Part shown: piece by piece, positions 51,571 through 62,348 of the stretch
How the letters are laid out: each line of letters begins with the position of its first letter
Numbering within the stretch: the stretch's first letter is position 1
Assembly: GCF_000002075.1 (NCBI RefSeq)
Contig: NW_004797654.1
Coordinates: 636,202 to 698,549 of the forward strand
Length of the DNA: 62,348 nucleotides
Origin: Aplysia californica
Lineage: Eukaryota
Direction: 5' to 3'
The notes under the pieces: model-generated
Told to the model about the DNA's origin: nothing
Seen by the model: only the letters and a program-made list of their open reading frames with translations
Databases searched by the model: none
Program-made: the position numbers and the translations under genes

Positions 51571-52879
51571 AAAAAAAATTAAAAGTGGGTTCAAGAGTTT
51601 TCTAGTATATTATGTAATAGAGAAACTAAAATAGTAACCTTTTACAACTTAACCAGACTTTCATCAAACGCGGGAATAACACAAACCGACGGTGCCGGTT
51701 TAGTTGAAGGTCTACCACGCTACAACAGTCTACGATAAGTCATGTCAAATCCAGTGGTAGACCATGTGCTCATGTGACCTTAAAACACTTATCCCTCCCC
51801 CCCTCCCCCCCACCCCCTCGACAAAAAGGAAGAAACGATTAGAAAAAAAAGAAAAGGAAAGACTGTCAACTAAACCGTCACTGAGTCGACATTTTTCAAC
51901 ATGAGGGTTTTTTCGATAGAGTGTGGTCTCTAAGGCAAGCCGCTAATTCTAAAGATAGATATTTTCGTTTATACATTTTCAAACCCTCGATAAAAGTCTT
52001 TTTGCTTAATTAACTAAAACGTCTTCATCGTCTTCTCGTTTTCGTTAGTCTCGTCAATCCCTCTCACTTTCCTTCTTGTTTTTCTCCTCTCTCCCACTCT
52101 AACCTCTTACGTTTCCTCTTTTGTTCTTTACTTCCCCCGTCCGTCTCACTCAAGAGAACTCTCGTTCTGAGCAGAAATCACCTACATTCTTCCAAGCACC
52201 CAACTCCCCCCTTTTCCGCTCCAAAAGAAAAACAAACAAAGCAAAACAAAACACTCACTGCTTCGCCTGAATCCCCTCTTCTCCGCTCTATGAAACAATC
52301 CTCCTCGACCCCTCCCGCCCTTTTCAAATGACTACGCCCCCCCCCCTCCCCCTTTTTCCTTCCTTTCCCCTCAATAAATCCTGCCAAACCATTTCCCCTC
52401 TCTCCTTTTTTTTCGCTTAACGACCTCCCCCCCCTCCCCCCACTTTTTTTCATTCCCTTGAAACAAATCCTATCAAACCGATAATCCCTTCAGCTGCCTT
52501 ATAAAAACCAATTCGCCCCCACCCCTTCCCCCAAAACTACCCCGAAATAAACTGTATCAAATGACCTCCCTCTACCAGTGTTACGCAAATGCACTCCCCC
52601 CCCCCCCCCGTCACTCTAACCGCTTTTCCTCCCGCCCCCTCCACATCCCCCCCCCCCCAACACACACACACTTTTTCCATCCATCCCCTCCTCCACACCC
52701 TTCCCCCCCTCCCCCCCAAAGTGTCCACTCACCTTTAGAATGTAAGAGCCCGCGTTTGTGCCAGCAGGCCAGGCCAGGGTGACAGCGGACAGAGAGACAG
52801 AGAGAAAGAGAGAGAGAGGGACACACACACACCACCACCACCACCACTACCAGCCCTCGTGAGGACAACGCATAAACCA

Positions 52880-52960
52880 TCACACGTGCCCATAATTAAC
52901 GGCTCCACGCCCTCTTGCTCGTGTATAAAACCCAGGGAAATCAGCCCCAGTCTCGGCATA
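52880..52960 (+). promoter_or_regulatory. Candidate Pol II core promoter (E-box, TAATTA, TATA box)
   Basis: CACGTG at 52883, TAATTA at 52893 and TATAAAA at 52924-52930. Inr-like ccAgtc / gcAtaa lie 25-34 nt downstream. The context is CpG-rich, and GAGA and C-rich tracts lie upstream. Confidence 0.55.
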
Positions 52961-53157
52961 AGTCTCGGGGGAATCTTTACCGACAACGTCCAGCGGTCCA
53001 ATCGAGAAGTAAGTAGTCCGAGCTGCGAGCATAACTCTACCAGAGAAACGCGCACTTTATTGGTCAAGACAGACGGAAGCCGGCGGTTGGACGCAAAGGT
53101 TGACTCGGAAGCTGAGAGATTGTTGAGTAACACGCAGAAGTCTTGAAAGTATCAAGT
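52949..53157 (+). other. Candidate non-coding first exon (5' UTR or lncRNA)
   Basis: An ATG-free, CpG-rich ~200 nt stretch after the TATA box. It ends at aagt|GTGAGT (53158), after which the sequence turns AT-rich and repeat-containing. Confidence 0.45.
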
Positions 53158-53221
53158 GTGAGTACACTGTGACTTAAAGACAACATTTATTAAACCGAAA
53201 CGTGTATTTATATTTTTTAAA

Positions 53222-53277
53222 TAGTTTTAGTAGAGGTTTTACGGCGCTCACAACTGCATAAGGTCATATGAGCGCCA
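53222..53277 (-). mobile_element. Retroposon 3' stem-loop fragment
   Basis: Reverse complement is tggcgctcatatgaccttatgcagttgtgagcgccgtaaaacctctacta. Another degenerate copy lies at 53478-53527. Confidence 0.75.
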
Positions 53278-53893
53278 GAAGATTAGAGGTGTTACAAGAG
53301 AGTAACAAAAATAAAAAAAGAGGGAGGGGAGATAAGGACGAAAGATATTTGATAGGAAAGAAGGAGCAAACCACACCAGAGCACCCGCCAACCACCCACT
53401 TGTATTTTTAAAAAAGAGGTTTCTAGTCTGATTATGGTAACCGGAAATTTTGCAATGTCTAAGTTTCAGCTTGGAAAAAGTTTTACGGCGCTTGCAACTA
53501 CATAAAGTTATAATATGAGCGCGCGGACTATCTTAGAAATGTAATCATACTATTATTTTGGATAGTCTTAAGGAACATTGGGTTCACTAATTATAAAATG
53601 GATTTATCTTTACATTGGTATTTACTTTCATATGCCTCTACGTCTTCGTTATGTAATACTAATCTAGCATTCATGAAGAACTGTTGCTTATCATAGCTAG
53701 CTAACCTTTCAGACGCAACCCAGTTCTTGAGCACATACAAAAGAATATTTGACAAATATTAATCTTTAAAACATTAAATAAATTATAACGTTTCCTTCAT
53801 TTGCTTAGAGGAATTTCGGTTACAAATAGAACAAAGCCTACTATCTCTTTTATCTTCAAGTCCCATCTTGCTCTCTCATGCTGTGAATGTGTA

Positions 53894-54470
53894 CAGTCGA
53901 ACCTGTGTAAGACAGCCACGCATTGTCGAGGAGAAAAGTGGCCGTATTAGACAGGTGGCCTTCATACGCATGCTGATCAAAAGGAAGAAAAAAAACTATT
54001 TACATCTGAGGTCCCAACTGGAGGTGGTCTCCGGCCTGGGACTGTCGTAGGGCTCATTAAAATGTTTTGATGCTGTTGCTGTTTGTTTTTATTTTTCGTT
54101 TGGAAAGGTGGGGGGGGGGGGGGGGGGGATTGGACGCTTTTGTACGACTTTAAAAAAAATAGTTTTATTATTCGTTTAAGAATTATGGTTCCGTGAAAGG
54201 TCAAAACAAAACTAAATTTTGTCAGACGAGGAAGGACAAATACCATATAAATGGGTCGCCACCACTCGGTGACGGATCGTCACTTCTGTGGCGAGTTTGT
54301 GTTGACATCTCAGACAGGCAAATTTGACCGTGGGTGGCCACGGCCGCGTAGGACAGGTGCCCGTTTTACACTGTTAAATTAAATAGAAAGAACGCAAGGG
54401 GAGAAATTGAAAACGGTCGTTTGTACAGGTGCCCGTACTATACAGGTGGCCGTCAAGGCAGGTACAACTG
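53894..54470. mobile_element. Pogo/Tigger-like MITE
   Basis: Ends TA|cagtcgaacctg ... caggtacaactg, with multiple subterminal acaggtg(g/c)ccgt repeats. Confidence 0.75.
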
Positions 54471-56744
54471 AAGTAACTAAAACACCTTGTATTTTTCTGT
54501 CAAGGTTTATCCAAACACTTGGGCGCGTATTAGAGAAAGAGAAGGGTAGGGAAACGACGATAGATCAGTACGTCACTTAGTGCTATTGCAGCTAAGAGTG
54601 CGCGCCGTAGAATAAAATCTGGAATTTAAATGTAAGTCAAACATCACCACTGTCTAGTCAAGTCGGCCAACACTGATTTTTTAAAATACTTAACTGATCT
54701 TAATTGATCTGAGTGCTCACTGCTTCATGTGACATACTAATCTACATCGATACAGTGCCTTTTTCAGTGAATCCTTGGGAATGGAGTGGGAATATGCTCC
54801 TGTTTCTTAAAAAAAAAAAAAATTAAAATTTGGCGCTGTTTGCTATGGTGTAACGCATAGGCTATTTTGACAATGTATTTAGAAGACTTAAGTTTGGTTT
54901 TCAATTACGGAAGTTGCTTTTTTTTTATTTGGGTGTGGGTGGTTGGTCATTAACTTCTTATTTTTGTTGTTTCTCAGATGGTGTAGCAATTATTTTCACT
55001 TGGATTGGCTAGGTAGAAGCAGCCTATGGCACAATTAACACATCCTACTCCCAGTTAGTGCAAGAAAATGTTTCTGTTGGTGTCTAATTTTTACATTCAT
55101 TGGACACAGTACCTGAGTGGGATATAGACATGATTAGATGTAATAGACCGGGCTCTGTCATGACCGCCTTTCTGTGTTGTCTACAAAATCTTTGCTGTGC
55201 TTGTGCGCCCTATGGTGAACTAGAATTACGCCTGGATACTTCGTCTGAAATATTATTATTATTGTTATTATCATTATTATGATGCAATTTTACCGTTTTG
55301 CATGGCATGATATCCTGTTGTTTACAAGGGTTACAATTCACTTAACCCGCAGACTTGTTGCCATATATTATATTCGTGCCTGCAAACTGGCACGCTAATA
55401 CACGTATACAGATTCATAGACAGATGCTACTTGATGTATTATGTTTTTCATACTTACTTTCACATTTTGTCGTGGTTTATTTATAAATTATGGGAGCACA
55501 TTAGAGGCAGGGCAAGAAAGGGAGAAAGGGGAAGAGCGATGAATTAATATACTGCTACATGCAAAGGTAACGGCCAGCCTAATTTTATAAATCAATACCC
55601 GCAGACGTTAAATTATTTGATAGGACAGTTCTGTGAAAGTTCAGCTGCTGCTGAACGTCGAAGTCAAAAGCAGTTTTCTATTGTGGGCTAACTCTGCAGC
55701 TCTTTCAGTCGAGAAGTTATAGTTTCTCAAGGTTACCTTGATTCCTCCAAACCCTCTTTTGCGTGGCCTAAGTACTTGATTAAATAAGCTCTTGAGACCT
55801 GTCTAAGTGACATTCATGACAGGTGGCGAAAACATTGTATTATCTTTCTTTGACTACCCACTTTTCTCGTTTCAACCCTTCCTTGATAGTTATTCCAGTC
55901 CTCTCTTTGTCTGTTTATGCGTATGTCATCTATTTTATTTCCATATTCTGCCCTTGACGATTTTACACACAAAAGATCCGTAAACATGAGAAGCGATGAG
56001 AGAACATGTTCCTTGTGTAAGAGCCTTAACTTTATGTTTTCTACGTCATGTGTCTGGGTTTTTTTTATTAATAGCAGCCAAACGCCCTAAATGTGTCGAA
56101 AAGAGGGAAGACAAAGCTGGGCCTATTAGTTATCTTTTCTCTACGAGTCAGAAAAAGACAAAACATAACATTAGGGTTATATTTACGATTAAAACCTATG
56201 CAATTTTGCCTACTATAGTGTGGTCTAAAAATCCTGGCCCAATTTATTGTCAATTATTTCCTTAGCTATCAAATGTAAGCACTCCAGGTTTTGCACTATG
56301 ACTTGTATCAATTTGTCTTTAACATATAAATATTTTTGTGAATACTTGTTAACTATATTAGAAAAATTTCCTTGACTAACGCAATGTACATATCCCAGAG
56401 TGTGATTTCTACAGATTTTGGAAGGTTTACATCCAATGAGCTGGGACAATAGTCTATCGCTTTTAAATGCAGGCCGCCCTTTCTTCTGATCGCGACGCAT
56501 GTTTTGAGAACTTTCTGTCCCAGAAAATGTGTTTACTACAAAAATAATCTTTAGTAACAAGATTTTGCGAGTAAAAATTGTCATTGGTAAGCAAGACATA
56601 GGTCAATTGAAAATACAAAAAGTGTGTGAAATGTGCCATGAACAATCCCGTTTTCTGTGTAACGGAGATTTAATTTATGGTATTTTGAATGAATTTGTGA
56701 AAATAAGTTTTTTAAACTAACCTCAATTGTTGTGGGGCAAAATA

Positions 56745-57188
56745 ATATGTGAGGCAGCGTGAGGGAATCAGGCTCTCGTCAATTTTTGGGCATGTCGAGT
56801 TATTGGCATCATCTTAAAGCTTGTTTAATTGTCTTTATTTGTATGAAAAAAATATCCATTTATCTTGAATGCAAGTCGAGATATTTGTGAATGAAGGAGG
56901 TGGGGGTCACCTATTTTCAGAGGCAAACTTAGCGAGAAAATGGCTGCCAAAGATTAGTTATTTCTTTAGCTTAAAAGTCCTTGGTAACTGAAAAAAATAC
57001 ATTTTTAGTGCGTTTAATCAACGTTTTTCATTAAAAGCCATACTGAAATGAGTTCTTCATTGGGCAAGAAAAGTGTTGAGCCAAAAAACAAAGATTTGAT
57101 AAAAATTCACAAGCCTGCGGAAAAATGCAGGTTTCTTCATTTCAATTATTTTGACGAGAGCCTGATTCCACCACGCTGCCTCACATAT
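56745..57188 (+). mobile_element. MITE family A, well-preserved copy
   Basis: TIRs atatgtgaggcagcgtg... / ...cacgctgcctcacatat. Confidence 0.92.
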
Positions 57189-57240
57189 GCTAAATTAAGA
57201 GACATTGATACAAACTGCTGTGCAAAGTATGGGTGACATT

Positions 57241-57768
57241 TATTTTTTTGTTTTTGTAAAGTGTTTTACGGCGCTCGCAACTGCATAGGTCATATGAGCG
57301 CGCGGGAGACACCTAATATTTTCAGTTGGTAGGAAATTTTGAATTTTGCCCGGGTGGCGGCCGAAGCCTACTCTTATCGATTTTAGACAACCAAGGGATC
57401 TTTAACGTGCGCAACTTGCACACGGGCCCTCCGGGATTTTTCGCCCTTGTCCGAGAAGGCTAGGTGTAGATCTTTCCCACCAGAAGATCAGGGGTGTGGC
57501 AGAAAGACAGCAGTAAGGAGGAGCCAAGGAGTAGCAGTAGAAAGGCTGCAGAAAGAGCCAGGAGCCCAGAGGAGGGGGCAAAGGATGTGAGGGGGTGGGG
57601 GCAGAAAGTGGAAATGAAAGCAGACAACAGAACATTGCTAGAGAGCAGGAAAGGAGGTGAAAGGAGACAATTTTAGAGAAGAAATTTTTTTTGGTCGCTA
57701 CCCGGATTCGAACCCGGGACCTTTGAATGAGAGGCCAACACCTTAACCTCTAGGCCACGAGAGCCCCC
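57241..57768 (-). mobile_element. Full-length SINE family B, second copy
   Basis: Close reverse complement of 33512-34039. TSD tgggtgacatt (57230-57240 / 57769-57779). Confidence 0.93.
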
Positions 57769-57993
57769 TGGGTGACATTGATTCACCGGTAGAAGAGAAA
57801 AGTTAGTTGCACCACGAACGTTTGATAGCACCATTATGGGGGATTTAGTATTTTTGATCGGTGCTGGGAAGCACCTCGTTAGTGGCAGCAATCCTTTCAT
57901 GCCTGGCTTCCTCGTGGGTACTGTGAAAATTTTAGGTAGCCATCAAATTAGGTTGACGAGTATTTGTGCAAATGCTGATGATCATGAGTATAC

Positions 57994-58190
57994 AGTGGCG
58001 TTGGTGGTTAAGTTGTTATAGGCTGTTGGTCTCGCAACCGAAAAGTCTTATGTTTGAGCCTCGAAGAAGCCCAAACTTTTGTCTTTGGTAAAAGCACTTT
58101 TTCTGATTTTTTCCCCACTTTTCTAACGTGGGAGTGGGTACCCGGCTTCAAACAGCGAAAGATCTTGTCAGTTTGAGCGTGTGTAATCTA
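57994..58190 (+). mobile_element. CORE-type SINE, same family as 20235-20530
   Basis: Shares ggtacccggct..acagcgaaagatcttgtcagtttg. Truncated by a gap. Confidence 0.75.
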
Positions 58191-58897
58191 NNNNNNNNNN
58201 NNNNNNNNNNNNNNNNNNNNNNNNNNNNNNNNNNNNNNNNNNNNNNNNNNNNNNNNNNNNNNNNNNNNNNNNNNNNNNNNNNNNNNNNNNNNNNNNNNNN
58301 NNNNNNNNNNNNNNNNNNNNNNNNNNNNNNNNNNNNNNNNNNNNNNNNNNNNNNNNNNNNNNNNNNNNNNNNNNNNNNNNNNNNNNNNGCATGTGTATTT
58401 GTATATTTTCGTGCATATGTGTGTATGCATTTGTGCGTGTGTGCTTGCGTGTGTGTGTTTGTGTGCATTTGTGTGTGTTTATGTCTGTGTNNNNNNNNNN
58501 NNNNNNNNNNNNNNNNNNNNNNNNNNNNNNNNNNNNNNNNNNNNNNNNNNNNNNNNNNNNNNNNNNNNNNNNNNNNNNNNNNNNNNNNNNNNNNNNNNNN
58601 NNNNNNNNNNNNNNNNNNNNNNNNNNGAATGTGTTGTCAACCCGTGAATATGACCAAGTAACTTACTTGCCAGGAATCAATGAAGGTTCATGAATTCATT
58701 CATCAATTCAATCACAACTGGACTGTTCTCCTCGTGGTAATCAATATCATATCGTAGATTCTCATTAAATAAGACCGTGTTCCAAGTTTTGAGGACATGT
58801 TAAAAATTGTTTGCACAACTTTCTCGGGGGTTGAATGTTTTTGTTTTTTTGTATAACTGAATAGTTTAAAAAATAATGATAATAGTAATAATATGTC

Positions 58898-59105
58898 ATG
58901 TGTTACGACGCTGTGGAATCAGGCGCCCGTCAATGTTTGCGCGTCTGGATTTATTGTTATTCGGTTCATTTGACTAGGTTACTATAAAAAATAATACACA
59001 TCTATTTTGATTAGAAGTTGAGATATATTATACGACTGAAAGAGGTCAGGGATGCTGGTTTTAGAGGTAACATTAATGAGAAAATGGTCGCCAATGCTTG
59101 TTGTA
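58898..59105 (+). mobile_element. MITE family A, left half
   Basis: Contains gtggaatcaggcgcccgtcaa ... gagaaaatggtcgccaa. Confidence 0.7.
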
Positions 59106-59252
59106 AGTAACATTTCCTTGTGGTGATAGGGATCTAACGACATGACAGAGATACTAGTTGGATTCCCAAGTGGGTGTGGGAGAGAAAGAAGGGGGGGGGG
59201 ACGGTTGGGAGATTTTATCTAGCATCTGGGTCTTTTTGCTGGGGTGTTGTTT

Positions 59253-59296
<44 letters not shown>

Positions 59297-60164
59297 TTTG
59301 TCCTGACCGGCGGGATTGAAAGCCCGCCTCGAAAAAAAAATAAAAAATTAAAATGTGTTCATGGGGGCGTAAAACACGTGCACATTGAGTCTGTTTTCCG
59401 CAAGCCTGCAATGTAAGCCGGATAGCCAAAGGTTCGATTCTTGACTGGCACATGATGGACACCATGAAAAAGTTAGAAGGCACGCATGCTTGGGGAAATT
59501 TCGACTGCACCAAGAATCTGCACCACTCATCAACATGGCTCATACATCATGCACAAGCCAGCAAATCTACATACAGTGGTGAATCAGGCATAAACCTTCG
59601 GATGAAACAAACCCATGGACGATCTCGCCAAGGGACTAGAGCAGTGCGTGTCGTCCAAGCACGCCGTGGAATACATTTTTCAGTGGCTTTTGCTGTGTGT
59701 AATGTTGGTGACTTCTTATTCCATGAGCTATGACGGAGAGATGAAAGATGAACTATGATGGACGCATTTTTCGTCATTGGTAATGCACCTGCTCATATGC
59801 AAACAGCTAACTTGCAATTGCCTTCAAAATTACGGTTTCCGATTTCTGTCTCCTTTCTCCCTTTTTAAAAATATCAGCCTGAGAGTCAATTGGTATAGAG
59901 CAGGCATCGACGAAAGAAACACTGGACAAAGTTTATCACTAGCTCTTGAGTCAGCGCTTCGAAGAAACAATTGATGACAACCCTAACCCAAATCGCGGAA
60001 CCTAGAATCGATGTGGCTACTGCTCCAAAGATGAAATCTGCTTTTAGGGGTATACAAGCCTGTCAAATTGTGTCTGCCTGTTTTGGGAGACGAGATGTTT
60101 TCACGTTGTTTCAAGTTTTCCTATATTTCTTGTACTTCAGTGAGGTGTGATATTTCTATTTTAA

Positions 60165-60312
60165 GGTTATTATAATAATAATGATGATAATAATAATAAT
60201 ATTGATAATATTAATAGCAGAAATAACAATAGCAATAATAAGAAAAACAATAATACATGAAAATGATGTAATAATTATTATCATAATAATGGTAATAACA
60301 ATAACAATAATA

Positions 60313-60389
<77 letters not shown>

Positions 60390-60390
60390 G
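60165..60390. repeat. (AAT)n microsatellite
   Basis: Directly visible. Confidence 0.95.
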
Positions 60391-60762
60391 TGGTTGTCGT
60401 TGCGGTTATTCCCCTAACGTTTAGCCGTGTCTTTTGGTCCAAGGCCTTGTTAAGAAAGGTGGCGATCTTTAAAATTTGTTCTTAAGTACTATTAGGATGG
60501 AACGGGAGAAAAAAGTTCACATTCGATTTCTTTATTTGTAGTCGTGAAATGTAGCCAACGTCTCATTTGTTAAAATATGCATAGTACGTTGCAGACATAA
60601 AATGCATACGTAGGAACTTATGAATCTATCCAAAGTTTACATTTTTAAACATGCTTGTACACTGTTGCCATAACAAGGCATACACAATATTATACAAATG
60701 CATATTAAACTTATTATGAAGTTTTCCAGTGTATTATTTAAGTCATGCATCACACATCACAA

Positions 60763-60809
<47 letters not shown>

Positions 60810-60829
60810 ACGCGCGCGCGCGCATATAA

Positions 60830-61800
60830 TACTAGCTGGGCCCCCTTTCGATGAAAGGAATGATCGGTGCATTAAAATCAACTGAATAACATTGGCCTAC
60901 TATATTTACACTCTACTGGAATGGAGCAATAAGTCTTTAGAGAAAAGTGACACATGCAGCTATTAAAAAGCCTTTTGAATAGCAACATTCGGCCACCACA
61001 AATAAATAATAGATATATACTGGCGTCCAAAATAGACTTAAAAATGTTATCATTATGTTATAGGCTTGCACTACCCGCTCATGCATCGTACCAATTTAAA
61101 GCTAAATGAATTCAGCATCATCTGACGTTTCCATATATCCATATATAATAGATGCATAGATTGATTCTCTATTCCGCTTTCGTGGTTGTACAGAAACGCG
61201 TTGATTGTTCACTGTTGCAAGAAAAAGAATTTGATAAAGGAGTCCAGAAAAAGCGATGATGGACATCAAACGAAAGGATCACAGTCGAATTTAGCTCCCA
61301 GTAAAAAAAGAAAACATGAGGTTAGATCTCTACGGGTTGCACACTTAAAGTAGTGCACAGTATTGCGCGACAATGCGCGATAGTATCGAATGGAAGTGCG
61401 ACTTGAAATAACAAACCTGTCGGATTTTCTCAAATTACGGAGACAGAAACTTCAGCCGACAAAAGCGATCGGCGAAATAAAGAAATATAGCTTTTTACAG
61501 CAAAACTGTCTCAAAACTGAAAAAACAAAACAAAGGGCATCATGATCTGGAGAATATTTTAAAGAATCTCTTGGCGAAAACAGTATGTCGATCGAGGCAG
61601 CCATTACAAAACCTTTTCAATAGCAAAATTCGGCCACCACAAATAGATAACAAATATATACCGGAGTCCAAAATAAACTTGAAAATGTTATGATCATGTT
61701 ATAGGCTTGCACTACCCGCTCATGCAGCATACCAATTAAAAGCTAAATAAATTCAGCGTCTTCTGACGCTTCCATATTTCATTTATGTTAATAGACGCCC
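60830..61800 (+). mobile_element. Element with a ~180-bp direct repeat, possibly Helitron/Helentron-derived
   Basis: 60956-61137 is similar to 61597-61777 (attcggccaccacaaat...ataggcttgcactacccgctcatgca...ctgacg.ttccatat). The region starts with actagctgggccc next to a (CA)n tract. Confidence 0.5.
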
Positions 61801-62348
61801 GAGATATGGTCATTGAAAATCGTCCTTAAAAAAATAAGGCTTGGTAAAATTGTGTGAAATCAGAGAAACGCAATAGTGTGTTCGCACGTGTATTGAGGTG
61901 AAGCAACATTGTTGGATTGGATTGGACACGTATTAAATATCAAATGAAAAGAGATTATTATTGCCTCTACAACGTACAGCTTCCTCTGAAGATATTTTAA
62001 AGCAGATTTGATGACAGAGCAGTGACGAATACCACAAAAAAACTTTGCTTTAACGTAACATGTGCTCATTAGTATTATTTATTTTTGGTTTGGACCTGGT
62101 TTCGTGTCGAGACCTAAACATTTTTTGCACATAGACTGAGTTAGTTACATTTTGGAAATGATCGTTTGTCAGTGAGAAAAAGAGGCCACGAAACTGCTCA
62201 GATAATGCATACTTTTTAAAGCTATAAATTGGTATGCTGCAGGAGTGGATAGTGCAAGGCTTTAACACACACGATGATTAGGTGATTGCATTTTCAAAAT
62301 ATTTTTTTTTGAAATATAGGCCTATATATATATATATTATTAATATGT

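Noticed and set aside
52735-53146. 132-aa (-) and 95-aa (+) ORFs over the candidate promoter
   Set aside because: Non-ATG starts, low-complexity content and no recognisable domain.

Overview
AT-rich, repeat-dense eukaryotic (metazoan) draft-genome sequence with about 25 N-gaps and many microsatellites. The SINE/LINE/MITE repertoire suggests a lophotrochozoan such as a gastropod, but that is inference. I found no intact host protein-coding gene, rRNA, true tRNA or CRISPR array. Everything protein-like that I recognise is decayed transposon sequence. The largest element is a ~8.1 kb Sola-type DNA transposon (10402-18522) with TIRs, subterminal repeats and a disrupted DDD transposase. It carries nested hAT insertions up to three layers deep. 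Also present are an internally deleted mariner, a probable Academ transposase relic, L2 and RTE LINE fragments, several tRNA-derived SINE families (two full copies with TSDs), ~10 copies of one 440-bp MITE, and a degenerate satellite found in both orientations. The best host-gene signal is a candidate TATA promoter with a non-coding first exon at ~52.9-53.16 kb (+). I did not find convincing evidence for a wholly new biological system. All family assignments come from motif recognition by eye, not from database searches.
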